The notes under the pieces are model-generated. The model worked only from the letters and a program-made list of their open reading frames with translations. It did not search any database and had not been told where the DNA came from. Both the position numbers and the translations under genes were made by a program. Positions 13,800 to 26,295 of a DNA stretch of 64,000 nt are shown here, in pieces (positions within the stretch are counted from its first letter, which is position 1; each line of letters starts with the position of its first letter). The stretch lies in NCBI RefSeq assembly GCF_020745735.1, contig NC_083403.1, forward strand, positions 126,064,526-126,128,525, in the 5' to 3' direction. The stretch is from Hemiscyllium ocellatum. Lineage: Eukaryota.

Positions 13800-16617
13800 A
13801 GGCACGGATTATATTGACTCATTAGATAGAATTACTGACAGAATCAAGAGCACTGATTATATCGGCTAGTTAGACAGAATTATTGAGAGTATCAGGCGCA
13901 ATGATAATACCAGCTAGTTAGACAGAATTACTGAGATTATCCGGAGCACTGATTATACCAGCTAGATAGACAGAAATACTGAGAGTATCAGGAGCACTGA
14001 TTTTATCGGCTAGTTAAACAGAATTACAGAGCGTGTCATGAACACTGATTATATCGGTAGTTAGACAGGATTACTGAGAGTATCAGGAGCACTCATTATA
14101 TCGGCTAGTTAGACAGAATTACTGACAGTATCAGGAGCACTGATTATATCAGCTAGTTAGACAGAACTACTGAGAGTATCAGGAGCATTGATTTTATTGG
14201 CTAGTTAGAACTACTGACAGTATCAGGAGCACTGATTATATCAGCTAGATAGACAGAAATACTGAGAGTATCAGGAGCACTAATTATATCGGCTAGTTAG
14301 ACAAAATTAGTGAGAATATCAGGACCACTGATTATATCGGCTAGTTAAACAGAATTACTGAGCGTGTCATGAACACTAATTATATCGATAGTTAGACAGG
14401 ATTACTGAGAGTATCAGGACCACTGATTATATCGGCTAGTTAGACACATTTACTGAGAGTGTCAGGAACACTGATTATATCGGTAGTTAGACAGGATTAC
14501 TGAGAGTATCAGGAGCACTGATTATATTGGCTAGTTAGACAGAATTACTGAGAGTATCAGGAGCACTGATTATATCGGCTAGTTAGACGGAATTACTGAG
14601 AGTATCAGTAGGACTGATTTTATCGGTGATTATGCAGGATTTCTGATAGTATCATGAACAGTGATTTTATCTGCTAGTTAAACAGAATTACTGAGAGTAT
14701 CAGGAGCACTGATTATATTGGCTAGTTAGACAAAATTACTGAGAATTTTAGGAGCACTGATGATATCGGTAGTTAGACAAGATTACTGAGCTGTTCAGGA
14801 CGACGAATTATATCGGCTAGTTAGACAGAATTACTGAGAGTATCAGGAGCACTGATTATATCGGCTTGTTATACAAAATTACTGAGATTTTAGGAACACT
14901 GATTATATCGGCTAGATCGACAGAATTACTGAGATTTTAGGAGCATTGATTATATCGGTAGTTAAACAGGATTACTGAGCTGCTCAGGAGCACAAATTAT
15001 ATCGGCTTTTTTGACAGACTTACTGACAGTATCAGGAGCACTGATTATATTGGTAGTTAGGCAGGATTACTGAGAGTATAAGGAACACTTATTATATCCT
15101 CTAGATCGTCACAATTACAGAGAGTGTCAGGATCACTGATTATAACCACTGGTTAGACAGAATTACTGAGAGTGTCAGGATCAGTGTTTATAGCGGCTAG
15201 TTAGACAAAATTACTGAGACTTTTAGGAGCACTGATTATATCGGGAGTTAGACAGGATTACTGAGCTGATCAGGAGCACTAATTATATCGGCGAGTTTGA
15301 CAGGATTAATGACAGTATCAGGAGCACTGATTATATCGGCTGGTTAGACAGAATTACTGAGGGTAACAGGAGCACTGATTATATCGGCTAGTTAGACAGA
15401 ATTACTGAGAGTATCAGGAGCACTGATTATATCGGCTAGTTAGACAGAATTACTGAGAGTATCAGGAGCACTGATTGTATTGGCTGGTTAGACAGAATTA
15501 CTGAGAGTATCAGGAGCACTGATGATACGGACTAGTTCGACACAATTACTGACAGTCTCAGGGGCCCTGATTACATCGGCTAGTAAGTGAGAATTAATGA
15601 GAATATCAGGAGCACTAATTATATGGGCTAGTTAGAATTACTGATTATATCGATGATTATGCAGGATTTCTGAAAGTATCACGAACAGTGATTATATCGG
15701 CTAGTTAAACAGAATTACTGAGAGTTTTAGGAGCACTGCTTATAACCCTAGTTAGGCAGGATTACTGAGAGTATCAGGAGCACAGATTATATCGGCTAGT
15801 TAGACAAAATTACTGAGAGTTTTAGGAGCACTGATTATATTGGCTAGTTAGGCAGGATTACTGAGATTTTAGGAGCACTGATTATATCGGCTAGTTCGAC
15901 ACAATTACTGAGAGTTTTAGGAGCACGTATGATATCGGGAGTTAAACAGGATTACTGAGCTGATCAGGAGCACTAATTATATCGGCTAGTTAGACAGAAT
16001 TACTGAGAGTATTAGGAGCTCTGATTATATTGGCTAGTTGGACAGAATTATTAAGAGTATCAGGAGCACTGATTATCTCATTGAGTTAGACAGAATTACT
16101 GAGAGTATTAGGAGCACAGAATATATCAGCTCGTTTGACAGAATTACTGAAAGTATGAGGTGCACTGATTATATCGGCTGGTTGGACAGAATTACTGACA
16201 GTATCAGGAGTACTGATTATATAGACTAGTTTGACAGGATGACTGAAAGTTACAGGAGCACAGATTATATTGGCTGGTGAGACAGAATTACTGAGAGTTT
16301 CAGAAACACTGATTATATCGGCTAGTTAGACAGAATTGCTGAGAGTATCAGGAGGACTGTTTATATCGGCTAGTTAGAATTACTGAGAGTATCAGGAGCA
16401 CTGACTATATCGACGAGTTAGACAGGATTACTGACATTATGAGGAATACTGATTATATCGGCTAGTTAGACAAAATTACTGAGAGTTTTAGGAGCACAGA
16501 TGATATCGGGAGTTAGACAGAATTACTGTGCTGATCAGGAGCACTAATTATATCGCCGAGTTAGACAGAATTACAGAGAGTATCAGGAGCACTGATTATA
16601 TCAGCTAGTTGGACAGA
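13800..16617. repeat. 48-bp tandem satellite/minisatellite, ~59 units
   Basis: Period 48 (e.g. ggagcactg at 15369 and 15417), with 47-bp variants. Confidence 0.97.
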
Positions 16618-17742
16618 ACATAGAACATACAAAGAACATAGAAAAATACAGCACAGTACAGGCCCTTTGGCCCTCAATGTTGCACCAATCCAAGCCCACC
16701 TAACATACACTAGCCCACTTTCCTCCATATGCCTATCCAATGCCTGTTTAATGCCCATAAAGAGGGAGAGTCCACCATTGTTACTGGCAGGGCATTCCAT
16801 GAACTCACGATTCGCTGAGTAAAGAATCTACCCCTAACATCAGTCCTATACCTACCACCCCTTAATTTAAAGCTATGCCCCCTCGTAATATCTGACTCCA
16901 TACGTGGAAAAAGGTTCTCATGGTCAACCCTATCTAAACTCCTAATTATCTTGTACACCTCTATCAAGTCACCTCTAAACCTTCTTTTCTCCAATGAAAA
17001 CAGCTCCAAGTGCCTCAGGTTTTCCTTATACGATCTTCTTACCATACCAGGCAACATCCTGGTAAACCTCTTCTGCACCCATTCCAATGCCTCCACATCC
17101 TTCCTATAGTATGGCGACCAAAACTGCACAGAATACTCCAGATGCGGCCGCACCAGTGTCTTATACAACTGCAACATGACCTCAGGACTCCGGAACTCAA
17201 TTCCTCTACCAATAAAAGCCAGTACGCCATATGCCTTCTTCACAGCACTATTTACCTGGGTGGTAACTTTCAGAGATCTGTGTACATGGACACCAAGATC
17301 CCTCTGCTCATCCACACTACCAAGTATCCGACCATTAGCCCAGTACCCCATCTTCTTGTTTCTCCTACCAAAGTGAATCACTTCACACTTACCTACATTG
17401 AACTCCATTTGCCACCTTTCTGCCCAGCTCTGCAGCTTATCCATATCCCGCTGTAACCTGCCACATCCTTCCTCACTATCAACAATTCCATCGACTTTCG
17501 TATCATCCGCAAACTTGCTCACCCAACCTTCTAGCCCCTCCTCCAGGTCATTTATAAAAATGACAAACAGCAATGGTCCCAAAACACTGCTAGTAACTGC
17601 ACTCCAAGATGAACCTTTACCATCAACTATTACCCTCTGTCTTCTTTCAGTCAGCCAATTCCTAATCCAAACCTCCAACACACCCTCAATACCATACCTC
17701 CATACTTTTTTGCAGTAGCCTACCATGGGGAACCTTATCAAA
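16618..17742 (-). mobile_element. Young 5'-truncated CR1 LINE inserted into the satellite (RT C-terminal half in one ORF)
   Basis: ORF 16710-17768: LGPLLFVIFIND, SKFADDTK, RPHLEYSVQFWSP; (agaacat)n tail; satellite phase resumes across the insertion. Confidence 0.95.
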
Positions 17743-18458
17743 AGAAGTACTGAGAGTATCAGGAGCACTGATTATATTGGCTAGTTAGACAGAATTACTG
17801 AGAGTATCAGTTGCTCTGATTATATCGGTAGTTATACAGGATTTTTGAGAGTATTACGAGCACTGATTATAACGACTAGTTAGACAGAATTACTGAGAGT
17901 ATCAGGAGCACTGATTATATCGGCTAGTTAGACAAAATTACTGAGAGTATTAGGAGCACTGATTATATCGGCTAGTTAGGCAGAATTACTGAGATTATGA
18001 ACAGCACTAGTTCGGCTAGTTAGACAGGATTACTGAGACTGTCAAGTGCTCTGAATATATCGGCTAGTTAGATAGAATTACTGAGAGTATCAGGAGCACT
18101 GATTATAACGGTAGTTAGACAGGATTTCTGAGAATTTCAGGAGGACTGTTTATATTGGCCAGTTAGACCAAATTGCTGAGATTATACGGAACACTGATTA
18201 TATCGGCTAGTTAGACAGAATTACTGAAAGTATCAGGAGCCCTGATTACTTCGGCTAGTAAGAGAGAATTACTGAGAGTATCAGGAGCACTGATTATATG
18301 GGTTAGTTAGTAAGCATTACTGAAATTATCAGGAGCACTGATTATATCGGCTAGTTAGACAGGATTACTGACAGTATCAGGAGCACTGGTTATATCGGTA
18401 GTTAGACAGGATTACTGAGAGTGTCAGCAGCACTGATGATATTGGCGAGTTTGACAGA
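17743..18458. repeat. 48-bp satellite continuation, ~15 units
   Basis: Same unit as 13800-16617. Confidence 0.97.
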
Positions 18459-18572
18459 GTTCCCGAGCATGTCCGGAGCCAGCCTTGACCAATCGGACCG
18501 AATTAGCATTTAGAGCATAACTTCTCTTTCTTCCACTAAAGTCTCTATGACAACATTCGATTGGGTCGGCTT
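18459..18572. promoter_or_regulatory. Candidate promoter (CCAAT boxes, RFX X-box-like site, local CpG enrichment)
   Basis: CCAAT 18489, ATTAGCAT 18502, GTCTCTATGACAAC 18541-18554, ATTGG 18560; several CpGs; motif evidence only. Confidence 0.3.
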
Positions 18573-19174
18573 TTGTGCAATCTCTGCCATTAACCTTTTC
18601 CCCACTATTATGATACATAATATCTCTCTATCTTTTTTGTCATTTATCGATGAATAAAGGTGTTATCTTGGTCATCTTTGGAATGTTTCTTTGAGACCAA
18701 TTTTCTTTATAGCGGTGGGGTGTGGTAGGATGGTGTGGGAATGGGGGTGTGGGTGTTGTGAAAGAAGGGGCTGTGGTGCTAACAGTCAAGGCTGTTCAAA
18801 TTATGAATTCACGCGCTGATTGTTGGTTATCCCACTCGATCTTGTGGGAACCTGACCATCATTCGGAATGGTGGTGTAAACTACTGTTTGTGATGGTTAT
18901 ATCCTAATACTGCGAGATGTTTTTGTTGATTTGCTTTGAATGCCAGTGGTTAAGCAAAGTCAAGACACCTTAAATTTGCATCTCAAAGATACCAAGTTCA
19001 AGGTCTCTTTACACAAATATGAAACCTTCATTGAAGATGCTTCAATGTGAGATGAAGACAGTTCTTACCACTGGTGTAATGAGAAGTCATGAGAAATTGG
19101 ACAAAAAGTCCGTCCTTCAACTCGGACCTCGGTGGTGGCTGCATTGGTGAGGTCCAGCAAAGGACTCATGGTGG

Positions 19175-19317
19175 TTAGAGACAAAAAAAACCTGCAGATG
19201 TTGGAATCCAATGTAGACAAGCAGGAGACTGGAAGAACACAGCAAGCCAGGCAGCATCAGGAGATAGAGAAGTCAACATTTCAGGTGTAACCCTTCTTTG
19301 GAAGCCCTGAAGAAGGT
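19175..19317 (-). mobile_element. PLE terminal-repeat fragment (family C)
   Basis: ctgcagatgttggaatcc..gcagcatcagg..aacccttc; same family as 56917-57089. Confidence 0.65.
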
Positions 19318-19389
19318 CTCACAGTGGTGGCAGCATCAGTGATGGTGCTGAAAATTGGCAACCTTTCTTCTGGAGAGGCGACTTCAGGC

Positions 19390-19580
19390 CCAGGGCCAAG
19401 CACTGAAGAAGAAGGACTGCAAGGGTGAACTTTATTTCTTTATTTTTCTGCCTTTATATTCTATGTTTTGGTTTATTTTTCTGTGTTTTAAGATGTCGCC
19501 AGAGACTGGTGACACTGTATAATACCTTTCACTGTATTTTGTAACAAAATACACGTGACAATAAATCAATCAAATCAAAT
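19390..19580 (+). mobile_element. Repeat with a Rex/Babar-type 3' tail
   Basis: tttcactgta..cacgtgacaataaatcaatcaaatcaaat tail shared with 45240-45300 and 47466-47530. Confidence 0.5.
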
Positions 19581-22073
19581 TTGGCCTCCCCAACCTTCAT
19601 AGCCCAATTATTTCTTCAGCTGTGTCCGCTCTGGAGTCCCCTTCCTTCCCCATTGGTTAAATTCACAACAGGGTTATGCCAATTCTCATCACTTTTTGTG
19701 GTAGAAATGGTACTTTCTTAATAACCACCGAAAAGACCAGTTTAGTTAGGGAACATGGTCGGCGTGGATCGGTTAGACCAAAGGATCTGTTTCTGTGCTG
19801 TATGTCTGTCTATCACTTCAAGGAGCTCATTAAAACTCAGTTGGCCCAGTTTTTGGTCACCTATCATAATACATTCTGTTTTTGGCTTGACATGAATTTT
19901 GTTTCGTCTAATAAATGCTGTTATGAAATATCCTAAGACGGTTTACTACATTAAAGACACTCTGTAAATGCAGGATGTTAATTGCCATCCTGGTCTAAGC
20001 ATCTGGTTGCTCCACTGCTTACTGCTGACTGTGCTGCATAGGTTTTGAGGAGTTCGGGTGAGGTATCTCCATTCATATCCCACGAGTGGAGGCACCACTT
20101 CCTTTCTGCCGCAGTTGAGTGTCTGATTGTCTTTCTCGAGTTTACAGGATATCTGCTGATGTTACAGTGGACTGTAGGAGCTGTCCAACATTGTCTGCTT
20201 ATGGGGTGTTGGGCAGGGGGGATGCTGGGGGCACTGACCTGGATCTAAACTCCCTATGGGTAAGGTGGAAATGGAGATGGTTACCACATTCACCATTTAA
20301 CAACTTGCTTTATTTGGGTCACAGTGCAATTTGTGGCCTTCTGTTGCATAACTCCTGGGGGGAGGGGAATGAAATCAATCAGTTTTTCTCAACGTCATAT
20401 TTTATGTGGGGGAGGATGTCATGGCGAAAAAGCAACCCTGGTCTGGCCCTAGTTGCAACTGATTCATATGAACACTTGTGGTCTGTTGTGAATGACTTTG
20501 CTATGGATTGCACATACTAGGTCGAACCCCTTTATTATCAAAACATTGCCCGTGAACCGAACAAACATTTTGCATTTCAGCGTTGATGACTTACTGGGCT
20601 AGAAAAGAAACAGAAATGCTTCCCAGCATTAAATTGGCCCACAAGTGGATGGAAGCACATAAAAGCTATTTAAAGTAGCACAAGAAATTGAACTTACGCC
20701 TTGGGAGGATGTCACACTCTCCTTATTCAGCTCAAAGTATCTGCTTGGATGCAATGTTTTGGTAAAACAAACTAAATATTATTGACCAAGTGCCAAGAAA
20801 CACCATGGGGTAAAAGGTTTCTCTGCAAACGCATTGTGACTTGTTTTTAAAAGGAGGCAGGCACATGTAAATCATGACTGTCAAAACTGAAGTAAATTAA
20901 TTATACAGTTGAATAAATTTTAATAAAGCAAAGTTAGACTAGCTTGTAATTCCTCACTGAATTGCTACTGTGCATGCATATTTTAAGTGGTAATTTTTTT
21001 TCATAACCGCAGCAAACATCGATGATTTCCTTCCTACAAAAAAAAAGCCTCATCGTTCACTTCTGCAACAACAATTGTGTGGCTTAATTCCCTCTTGGCA
21101 TCGCATTCTTTCTACTGTATGTACTTTCCTAATCACTTCCACACTTTCTCTCTGATTCTCCTCTGAAGCTTCCACTCACGAAACATTCTCGCATAATATA
21201 TATTTAACAGAGGTTTATTTGTTTTGATGTCTCTCCAAATGTTTGCAGTTTTATTCAGCTTCCTAAGCATACGATGCTTTGCACAGCTGGCCTTTTGTCA
21301 CATATTTATCAAAACGAGTTGTTCTTGAATTCTTTCTTCCCCTTAAATAGCCAAAAGCAATCCAAAATTTAACACAAAATAGTGAGCCCCGTAAACTGCC
21401 AGTGTCCCCCGAAACTCATTTCACTGCATTCCCCTGAGAAAGTCTTGTTTCATTCTGAGTACATTTGGAAATGATTTTCCAATAGTTTCCAGAATTATTG
21501 CTGCTTTGTCCTCGTGATGAGTTTAATTGTTTTTCGATGTTTACAACAGGGTTCAGCACACCAATAAACTTTAAGCTTGACTGAGCAGTTCATTTCTGAT
21601 GAAGTTTGAAAGACAGAAGGACTGTGTTGAAGGATTGGAGCTGCAATCTGGTTTGAATTTAATGCAGGGATTGTACACCATATTAAGTCTCAGCATGCTC
21701 TGGAGCTTTCAATACAAATGATGCAAGATGAGTATAGATCAAAATATCAACTTTGTGTTGTAACAGAAGGAGCTCAAGTATGATCGAAGGCCAATTTGGA
21801 AGAGAGTGGGTGAGATGAGGACCCTGTGAGAGGCAATAAGCACTCCCTAGAGGAGCACACGGTGGTTGTATGGAATGGGAGATGAGGAGGGCAATGATCA
21901 GGAAGGTAGTGACCAGTGGTGGCAGATTCACGTCGTTTCGGTTCTGTGCAGATGGCTGCAAATGTGCTTTAGATCTGAGAAACCTGATTGCAGCATGCAT
22001 GGTGCATACTTCAGTCAGTTGCATTCAAAGGGAAGATAAATACAGGAGGAGACCAGGACCTGTTACACTATTT

Positions 22074-22306
22074 AGGTGTAAAAAGTGAGGTCTGCAGATG
22101 CTGGAGATCAGAGCTGAAAATGTGTTGCTGGTTAAAGCTCAGCAGGTCAGGCAGCATCCAAGGAACAGGAAATTTGACATTTCGGGCAAAAGTCCTTCAT
22201 CAGGAATCTCATTCCTGATGAAGGGCTTTTGCCCGAAACGTCGAATTTCCTGTTCCTTGGATGCTGCCTGACCTGCTGAGCTTTAACCAGCAACACATTT
22301 TCAGCA
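22074..22306. mobile_element. Palindromic PLE insertion (family A) with hammerhead
   Basis: Inverted arms; exact 14-bp TSD ctgttacactattt (22060-22073 / 22307-22320). Confidence 0.88.
22211..22246 (+). ncRNA. Minimal type I hammerhead ribozyme
   Basis: attc-CTGATGA-a-gggc-tttt-gccc-GAAAC-GTC-gaat: core, stems I and II, palindromic ACGT stem III. Confidence 0.8.
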
Positions 22307-22964
22307 CTGTTACACTATTTGACATGACCATAGCTTATCCGTGGCCTAACTCCATCGACCTACATCCATCTCATATCCCTGAATAGCTTTTGTTAACAAA
22401 GATCTGGCAGGCTGAGGTTTAAAATTAAAAAGGGTGTCATCTCAACTCCCAAGCATTATAAAGCATAGGCAAGAAATGTTATATGATCATATTAAATGGC
22501 AGTGCTGTCTTGAGGGTTTGAATTGTCTACCCCAGCATCTAGTTCATTTGCTAAAGAAGATTCCAAATGTCTACTATTGTTTGCTTGCAAAACTGTTCAC
22601 CCATTCCAGTCAGTGAAAATTGTTAAATTGATCTATCATAACAGTTCCCTTTTACAATCTTGAAAACTTCAATAATCTTTCAGTAAATCTAGCAAAAATC
22701 ACAATTGTTTGGATAATTTTTCGTGCAAGTTAATCTTGGGAGTCCAGGTATTGGGTTTGTAAACCTATGCTATGCTGTGCCTCCAGCATTCTTTCTAGGT
22801 GTCCAGAACTGAACACGGTATTCCAGATGTGGTGCAAAAAATGTTTCCTATGGCTGTAGCACAACTTGGAGTAAAAAGTGAGGTCTGCAGATGCTGGAGA
22901 TCAGAGCTGAAAATGTGTTGCTGGTTAAAGCACAGCAGGTCAGGCAGCATCCAAGGAACAGGAA

Positions 22965-23000
22965 ATTCGACGTTTCAGGCCAGAGCCCTTCATCAGGAAT
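22965..23000 (-). ncRNA. Minimal type I hammerhead ribozyme (opposite polarity)
   Basis: Reverse complement attc-CTGATGA-a-gggc-tctg-gcct-GAAAC-GTC-gaat. Confidence 0.78.
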
Positions 23001-23034
23001 TCCTGATGAAGGGCTCTGGCCCGAAACGTCGAAT
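22999..23034 (+). ncRNA. Minimal type I hammerhead ribozyme
   Basis: attc-CTGATGA-a-gggc-tctg-gccc-GAAAC-GTC-gaat. Confidence 0.82.
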
Positions 23035-24512
23035 TTCCTGTTCCTTGGATGCTGCCTAACCTGCTGTGCTTTAACCAGCAACACATTTTCAGCTCTGTAG
23101 CATAACTTGCACAAATTCGTAGCCTAGTGAACTAAACATAAAAGCTGGCATTCCATTAGCCTTTTTGATTATGTTTTTGTATCTGTCTATGACATGCTAA
23201 TCGTTGGACACAGACCCGAAGATTCATTGGACCTCTATTATTTTTGAGAATTATTACCTGTTGAAGAGTATTCTGTTTTTTCCTTTTTACCTCCAAAGTG
23301 GTTGGCCTCACTATTCTGATGAAGGGCTTTTGCCCGAAATGATGACTTTCCTGCTCCTCGGATGCTGCCTGACCTGCTGTGCTTTTCCAGCACCACTCTA
23401 ATCCAGATTCATACTTATCTGTACAGTATTAGAATTAATTTCCCCTAGTTTTGCCCATTCACAACCTATTGCTATCATTGTGAAATGTTAAGCCTCCATC
23501 TACACTATTTTCAATGTCACTCAACTTTGTGTCATTAGCAAAGTTTGATCTATGGCTTTCTAGCTTGTCATCTAAGTTATTAATAAATGCAATGAGGACT
23601 TGAGGAGCCATAATAGATCTCCAGGGCTCTACCGATTTCCTAATTAAGTCAATAATTTTGCCTTCAATTTTATGACCTTCAACTTTAGCTACCTCTTTTG
23701 AGCGACGTTATCAAATGCTTACTGAAAATCCAAATTAATAACAAGTGGAGACATTCCCCTGTGCACTATATTTCACACATTTTCAAAATTTTCAATCAAA
23801 TTTGTCAGGCATGACCTTTTACAAATACATGCTGCCCCTTTCTCTGATCAGTTTAAAATTTGAAGGTGTTAAACCACTTATCTTTAATTTTAAGCTCTTG
23901 TAATTTTCCAGTGGTGGTTACTAAGCTAACCAATATAATTCCCTGGTCTCCCTCTTTCACCTTTCTTAAAACCTGGACTAACAAGCACTATTCTCCAATC
24001 TACAGGAATGGTTTTTAAATGTAGACAATCTAGAAAGTCATGTTTAGGGCATCGGCAATGTTCTCATTTTCTTTAAAATTATGGAATGAAATTGATTTAG
24101 GAGTAGGGATTTGTCATACTTTAATGCCATTATTTTCTTTGTTCTTGCTTAAATTAAGGGTCATCCTAATTTAAACTTAGTTTCCTTGCAATGTCCAATA
24201 TTATGACATTTCTATTTAAGATGAATAACATGAATATCATTTCCTCAATTTTATTCTCTGTATCACCATTATCAGTTTTTAAAAGGAACTATTGACATTT
24301 TAAATCAATCACTTTTTCTTAATATATTTGCATAAAACATAAGTTGATATTGATATTTATCAGAATTCCTAAATTCCTACTGTACAGCTTACAATCCATT
24401 TCATCATGTTCTACCATTCATTGAATCTTTTCATTTACTGCAATCAGGACTATTTTATGTCTCCTTAGATTTTTTTTTTCTTAATTTCATTTCTTTTCTC
24501 CTTACCTCTTTA

Positions 24513-24893
24513 ACATAGAACATAGAACATAGAAGGATACAGCGCAGTACAGGCCCTTCGGCCCTCGATGTTGCGCCGACCGAATCCTACCTAACCTATA
24601 CTAGCCCAATAACTTCCAAATGCCTATCCAATGCCCGCTTAAATGACCATAAAGAAGGAGAGTTCACCACTGATACGGGCAGGGCATTCCATGAACTCAC
24701 AACCCGCTGTGTGAAGAATCTACCCCTAACATCTGTCCTATACCTACCACCCCTTAATTTAAAGCTATGTCCCCTAGTAACACCTGACTCCATTAGCGGT
24801 AAGAGGTTCTTAGTATCTACCCTATCTAAACCCCTAATCATCTTATACACTTCTATCAGATCTCCCCTAAACCTTCTCTTCTCCAATGAAAAC
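24513..24893 (-). mobile_element. Young CR1 3' end (same subfamily as 16618-17742)
   Basis: ORF 24596-24886; (agaacat)n tail. Confidence 0.92.
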
Positions 24894-26295
24894 CATCTGC
24901 TGCTGTTTTATTTATGTCAAATAGAGCTTTTATTTCTTAAGGGCATAAACTGTCAAACATCATGTTAAACTCATGTTTGAAAATGTCCCACTGAATGTTG
25001 AACATTTTACTCAGAAGTTGACTTTGCCCTGTTTGCTGTAGATATTCCATTTCGTCCCATTGAAACTGGCCTTGCCTAAATCTAGAACTTTGACAGCTGG
25101 CATTATGGTCTGAATTTGTATAGGAAATGGCCTTAATGCTAATTTTACTCACATTCCCTTGACAACTGCAGGACTCCCTAATCAATTTGGCATGCAGTGC
25201 TCCCTCAGTGTAGAACAAATGCTCAGATGTTGCATGCCATATTAAAACTTTCATCACCTGTTTTGGGCCAAAAACAAATGTTTTGCTATTTAACTTCTCC
25301 TGCTTCCTACTGTGTGATTTTTCCTGGATTTCACGACTTGTACCATGTACATTTTTTCCCTCACTATGTATATTAGTGATGCACGTCTATCCAAGGCTGG
25401 AGTGAAATGGTGGCATCGGAATCATAGGCAGTGAATACCATAAATATGCAACTGGTACAGCAGCATCTGTGGAGTCAGAAATGGACATCTCAAACCGGAA
25501 TTTTTGCTTGTTGCAAATAAATCCTTTCTTGTATCAACCCTAATAACTGGGTTCGTGCATTATTTTACTTTAGATAGTTTGAGATAAGTGCGTATGAAAA
25601 TATTTGAATGAGCCAGTTTCTAATAAATTTAGAATTTCTGGAACTCATTCTGATAGTGTTGTACTGTAACTGCTCCTTCTAAAATTTCTAAGCATACTAT
25701 TGGAAGGATATTATTTCAAACCATCATGGATCTGTGGTAAAAGAAAACAACCATTTAAAGCTGACAAATGCTTGTAAAATATATATATCTTCAGTTCAAA
25801 TTCAACAATTCGAATATATGTAACAACACTTATTAATTATGAGAAACAGAATACAGGGGGAAACTGAAAACAATAAAGCAGTTATGCTTCTCAATTTGTT
25901 CCAAGAAAACATTGAAAATAATTTGAGTTGAAAATTTAGTGTTTGAAAATGTTTATTCTGACTTTACGCAAGTCACCTCACTTAAGAACAAATCTATTAG
26001 AAAATTACATTACTGGGATAATCTTTCAGATTAAACTTTAACCGTGGTAAAGTAGAAACCAACTTCATGAGATTGGACAAAAGATGCTTTTGGACTGTAT
26101 ATTCAGGAGTTTCGCAGTCAAATACTGGTAAGCTCTATAATGTATATAGGGTTTGCCACAAACTCTTATATTTAGTTATGGTGTTATATAAACTACTTAG
26201 AAAAATAGCTAATTTGTAAACATCTGATTTTAATTCAGTCTACAATTCAACTCAGAGAACAATTCAAAAAGGTGGCCATTTTATACTTAAATCAT

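Larger units (their letters stand above)
22869..23094. mobile_element. Palindromic PLE insertion (family A) with back-to-back hammerheads
   Basis: Hairpin centred on caggaattcctg; 15-bp TSD ctgtagca(c/t)aacttg (22854-22868 / 23095-23109). Confidence 0.9.
22680..24150 (-). mobile_element. Old degenerate CR1 LINE hosting PLE insertions
   Basis: Reverse-strand CR1 RT remnants (gtgtcattagcaaa = FANDT; ccagaactgaacacggtattccag = LEYRVQFW). Confidence 0.65.

Noticed and set aside
16038-16229. Repetitive ORF (ITESIRSTDY)n
   Set aside because: Chance loss of the per-unit stop codon in four satellite units.
13800-18458. CRISPR-like array
   Set aside because: Contiguous tandem 48-bp units with no unique spacers, no cas genes, and a eukaryotic context.
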